DNA of 64,000 bases, taken from positions 128,001-192,000 of the forward strand of contig CBEVQO010000004.1 in the NCBI GenBank assembly GCA_965552055.1. The letters run 5' to 3'. The DNA is from an uncultured bacterium (GTDB lineage: Bacteria; Hydrothermota; UBA3073; NMUJ01; CBEVQO01). The position numbers were made by a program, and so were the translations under genes. This document shows, piece by piece, positions 60,674 to 64,000 of this stretch; the first letter of the stretch is position 1, and every line of letters starts with the position of its first letter. The notes beneath the pieces are model-generated. The model was given only the letters and a program-made list of their open reading frames with translations. It was not told the DNA's origin and ran no database searches.

Positions 60674-60961
60674 ATGAGTACTTCTGGCAAAGCAATAACG
60701 AGCCTTGTACTTGGAATATGTGGCTGGGTGCTACCAGTTGTGGGTGTTGTCTGCTCCATCCTTGCCATTATTTTCGGTATTCTTGCGAGAAATGAGATCA
60801 GGTCATCTGAAGGCAAACTGAGTGGCGAAGGCATGGCACTTGCGGGCTTCATACTCGGTGTAACAGGACTTGCTGTGAATGTAGGAGTGTGGCTGTTTGT
60901 ATGGAAATTAATTGTGGAGATAATAAGAGCAACGCTTACTGTAAGTTCTATGTGTTTATAA
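60674..60961 (+). CDS. DUF4190 family membrane protein
   Basis: AITSLVLGI...G..AR.EI...G.GMALAGFILG. Confidence 0.8.
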   Translation: MSTSGKAITSLVLGICGWVLPVVGVVCSILAIIFGILARNEIRSSEGKLSGEGMALAGFILGVTGLAVNVGVWLFVWKLIVEIIRATLTVSSMCL

Positions 60962-60976
60962 TTTTGTCTGTAAGAA

Positions 60977-63550
60977 ATGAAGTCAAATGAATTTCGCAGA
61001 ATATTTCTTGAATTTTTTAAAGAAAGGGGGCACAAAATTTGTCCTTCTTCTCCTTTGATTCCCCGTGACCCCACGCTTTTATTCACATCGGCTGGTATGG
61101 TGCAGTTTAAACCTTTATGGTCAGGAGAATCTCCCCTTACATTCAGGCGAGCCACTTCCTGTCAGAAGTGCCTGAGAGCAACAGATTTGGAACAGGTAGG
61201 TTTTACTCCCCGTCATCTTACATTTTTTGAAATGCTTGGTAATTTTTCTTTTGGTGATTATTTTAAACTGGAAGCGATAAAATGGGCTTGGGAATTCGTT
61301 ACAGAAGTTATGAAACTTCCCAGAGATAGATTGTATATCTCTGTTTATGAAGAAGATGAAGAGGCATATAATATCTGGCGCGATGAGATAGGCATTTCTC
61401 CTGACAGGATTTATAAGTTTGGCAAAGAGGATAATTTCTGGGGACCTGCGGGTGATACAGGACCTTGTGGTCCCTGCACTGAAATTTTTTACGACCTCGG
61501 AGAGGAGATAGACCCCGGTAAAACAATTGCAGATGATAGTGATAGATATTTCGAAGTCTGGAATTTAGTTTTTCCTCAATATGATGCCCAGAAAGATGGT
61601 ACATTAAAACCTTTGAAAAACAGGGGAGTTGATACAGGTATGGGACTTGAGCGCGCACTTTGTGCAATGCAGGGTAAAAAAACAGTTTTTGAAACTGATG
61701 TTTTCGAACCAATAATTCAAAATATAGAAGATGAAATAAAAATTAAATACTTTGAAAAAAGAAAAATGTTCAATATAATAGCCGACCATATAAGGGCTTT
61801 GACATTTGCCATTTCCGAAGGTGTATTTCCGGGCAATACCGGCAGGGAGTATGTGATTCGCAGGATATTGCGTCGTGCAGTAAAAGAATATTATGATGCA
61901 GGGATTAAGGGACCTTTGCTTTATAAGTTTGTAAAATCTGTGGTTGATGTTATGGGTGATGCTTATCCCGAAATAAAAGGGAAAGTTGAGAGTGTATCTC
62001 TTGTCATAAAAGCTGAAGAAAAGCGTTTTCTTGATACCCTCTCAAGGGGCAAAGTCATTTTCACTGTTATAAGCAATAGTTTGAAAGAAAAAGGCAAAAG
62101 AGAATTTCCGCCAGAAGAGGCATTTAAACTTTATGATACCTATGGATTTCCTTTTGAATTAACAGAAGAATATGCGAAAAAGGAAGGTTTTGAAATTTCC
62201 CGCGAGAAATTTGAAAAATATCTTGAAAAACAAAGGGAACTTGCAAAGCGTTATGCGAAATTTAAAGCGGAAAAATTCGAGTGGAATATTTTGAAGGAAA
62301 TCGAAAAAGATGAATTTGTGGGATACAATACTTTGAAAATAGAAAGCAGGATTTGTATGTGGCGTAAAGATGATAAAAAATACTATTTAATACTTGAAAG
62401 AACTCCGTTTTATGCAGAAGAAGGAGGGCAGGTTGGAGATACGGGCAGGATTTATAATGATGATATGGAATTTATCGTTGAGGATACGCAATATTTTGAC
62501 AAATACAGGATGCATATCGGTATTTTGAAACAGGGGCAAATTACGGAAAGGGAAGTTATCTGTGAAGTTGATAAGGAGAGGCGTTTGTCGATTCAGCGCA
62601 ATCACACTGCTACTCATTTATTGCAATCTGCGTTAAGAAAGGTTTTGGGCGAGCATGTTCATCAGGCAGGTTCACTTGTTGCACCGGATAGATTGAGATT
62701 CGATTTCACACATTTTTGCAAACTCGAAAAGTTTGAGGTTGATAAAATAAGAGAATTGGTTAATGAATGGATAATGCAGGATGTTGAAGTTTTAACTTAT
62801 AATAAGAAATATTTTGATGCAATTGCAGAAGGTGCAATTGCTTTACCTGGAGCACAGTATGGAGAGATTGTAAGAGTTGTTGATATTAAAGGAATTTCAA
62901 AAGAATTATGTGGAGGTACTCATTGTAGAAGAACAGGTGAAATTGGCTTTTTTGAAATAATAGAAGAAAGTGCAATACATGCAGGTGTTAGAAGAATTGT
63001 TGCTCTAACGGGATTTTCCTTTTTGAATTTTTATCTTGACAATCAGCGGATTTTATTAAAATTGGCAAATATGATGGGTGTGGATGTTAATAATGTCCTT
63101 AAAAAAGTAGAGGGGGTCTTAAGTGAAAGAGATTTGCTCGAAAAAAAGTTAAATGAAGTTATGCGCGAAATGATTAAGTATAAGGCAAATGAATTGAGGG
63201 AGAAAAGCAAAAAGGTAAATGGAGTTGAAGTTATAATGTCTGAAGTATCTTTTGATGATATTGAATATGTGAGGTCTTTTGCTGATGTTTTGAGGAAAGA
63301 AAACAGTGTAGGAGTACTTGGATTTAAAAAGGGAAATAAACCTTCATTTATTGTTTTTGTAGGTGATAAATTGAAAGATAAGTTGAAAGCAGGTGATCTT
63401 GCTCGTGAACTGGGTAAGCTTGCAGGTGCAGGTGGAGGTGGCAAGCCCCACATGGCTCAGGCAGGCGGAGCAGTAGGAGCAGAGGTATCAAAAGTGTTGA
63501 AAGAATTTGAGAAAATAATAATTGATAAGATTAAAAAGTTAAATGTTTGA
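60977..63550 (+). CDS. alaS: Alanine--tRNA ligase
   Basis: DPTLLFTSAGM, HLTFFEMLGNFSFGDYFK, DTGMGLER, NHTATHLL, ELCGGTH, GGGGKP. Confidence 0.98.
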   Translation: MKSNEFRRIFLEFFKERGHKICPSSPLIPRDPTLLFTSAGMVQFKPLWSGESPLTFRRATSCQKCLRATDLEQVGFTPRHLTFFEMLGNFSFGDYFKLEAIKWAWEFVTEVMKLPRDRLYISVYEEDEEAYNIWRDEIGISPDRIYKFGKEDNFWGPAGDTGPCGPCTEIFYDLGEEIDPGKTIADDSDRYFEVWNLVFPQYDAQKDGTLKPLKNRGVDTGMGLERALCAMQGKKTVFETDVFEPIIQNIEDEIKIKYFEKRKMFNIIADHIRALTFAISEGVFPGNTGREYVIRRILRRAVKEYYDAGIKGPLLYKFVKSVVDVMGDAYPEIKGKVESVSLVIKAEEKRFLDTLSRGKVIFTVISNSLKEKGKREFPPEEAFKLYDTYGFPFELTEEYAKKEGFEISREKFEKYLEKQRELAKRYAKFKAEKFEWNILKEIEKDEFVGYNTLKIESRICMWRKDDKKYYLILERTPFYAEEGGQVGDTGRIYNDDMEFIVEDTQYFDKYRMHIGILKQGQITEREVICEVDKERRLSIQRNHTATHLLQSALRKVLGEHVHQAGSLVAPDRLRFDFTHFCKLEKFEVDKIRELVNEWIMQDVEVLTYNKKYFDAIAEGAIALPGAQYGEIVRVVDIKGISKELCGGTHCRRTGEIGFFEIIEESAIHAGVRRIVALTGFSFLNFYLDNQRILLKLANMMGVDVNNVLKKVEGVLSERDLLEKKLNEVMREMIKYKANELREKSKKVNGVEVIMSEVSFDDIEYVRSFADVLRKENSVGVLGFKKGNKPSFIVFVGDKLKDKLKAGDLARELGKLAGAGGGGKPHMAQAGGAVGAEVSKVLKEFEKIIIDKIKKLNV

Positions 63551-63671
63551 TTTTGAGAAATATTTTAAAGAGGAGATATTTGGCGTAAAGCATGAATTAT
63601 GCATACAGAAGGTTTTCATGAAAAGAGATATTAGGAAATTGATTGAATTTGTAAATAAATAAGGGGGGTGT

Positions 63672-64000
63672 ATGCGTAAGTTGTTGTACTTGTTGTTGTG
63701 TGGTGTTTTGGCGACTGCATGTATAATCATAATATCGGGGGAGCCAGAGGTTGCAGAAGTGCACTTGATGGGGTCTGTGCAATACGCTCCGGATTTCGAT
63801 ACATCCGGCAAGTTCTCGATACCAATAATAGCACTGACAGAAGATGGTGATGTGATATCTTTGAAGTCCTCTAATGTGGCAATAATTGTAGATTCGGTTT
63901 CTCCTTCGGATGCATATTATGAAGTTACTGTGACGAGCGTTAAAAATACATCTCCTACTTCTAAGAAAATCGCAGTAGGACTGTTGCTTGACTCAAGCGG
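63672..64000 (+). CDS. Lipoprotein, probably VWA-domain, 3'-truncated by the window
   Basis: Hand-translated MRKLLYLLLCGVLATAC...KKIAVGLLLDSS(G): lipobox and the start of a MIDAS-like DxS motif; poly-G SD. Confidence 0.6.
   Translation, partial: MRKLLYLLLCGVLATACIIIISGEPEVAEVHLMGSVQYAPDFDTSGKFSIPIIALTEDGDVISLKSSNVAIIVDSVSPSDAYYEVTVTSVKNTSPTSKKIAVGLLLDSS

Noticed and set aside
63543..63662. 39-codon ORF overlapping the alaS stop
   Set aside because: Too short, with no recognisable motif; cannot be supported.

Overview
A gene-dense, AT-rich bacterial chromosomal window. The proteins are Lys/Glu-rich, several carry T9SS/FlgD-type C-terminal sorting domains, and there are PorV- and PorZ-like genes. 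This suggests a diderm, probably thermophilic lineage related to FCB/WOR-3 (inference only). Housekeeping genes (gcvPA, arcC, accBC, pdxJ, folC, hutI, purC, nadE, tldD/pmbA, alaS) are mixed with surface and polysaccharide genes in functionally heterogeneous, tightly overlapping operons. No rRNA, tRNA, CRISPR array, transposase or reverse transcriptase was seen. The main observations are: (1) a head-to-tail array of six ~433-bp overlapping genes (DUF5618/HEPN-like) inside the accBC operon, built from a near-invariant ~330-bp block and a ~100-bp variable segment with mosaic exchange between copies; (2) a recurring promoter TTGACW-N15-TANNNT, with a 15-bp rather than ~17-bp spacer, upstream of most transcription units, and many apparently leaderless starts; (3) an HTH-fused DNA methyltransferase cassette flanked by a perfect 23-bp direct repeat after purC; (4) a single-chain HTH-STAS-anti-sigma-kinase protein; (5) very short, uncharged signal-like N-termini on exported proteins; (6) a ~110-bp MITE-like element.
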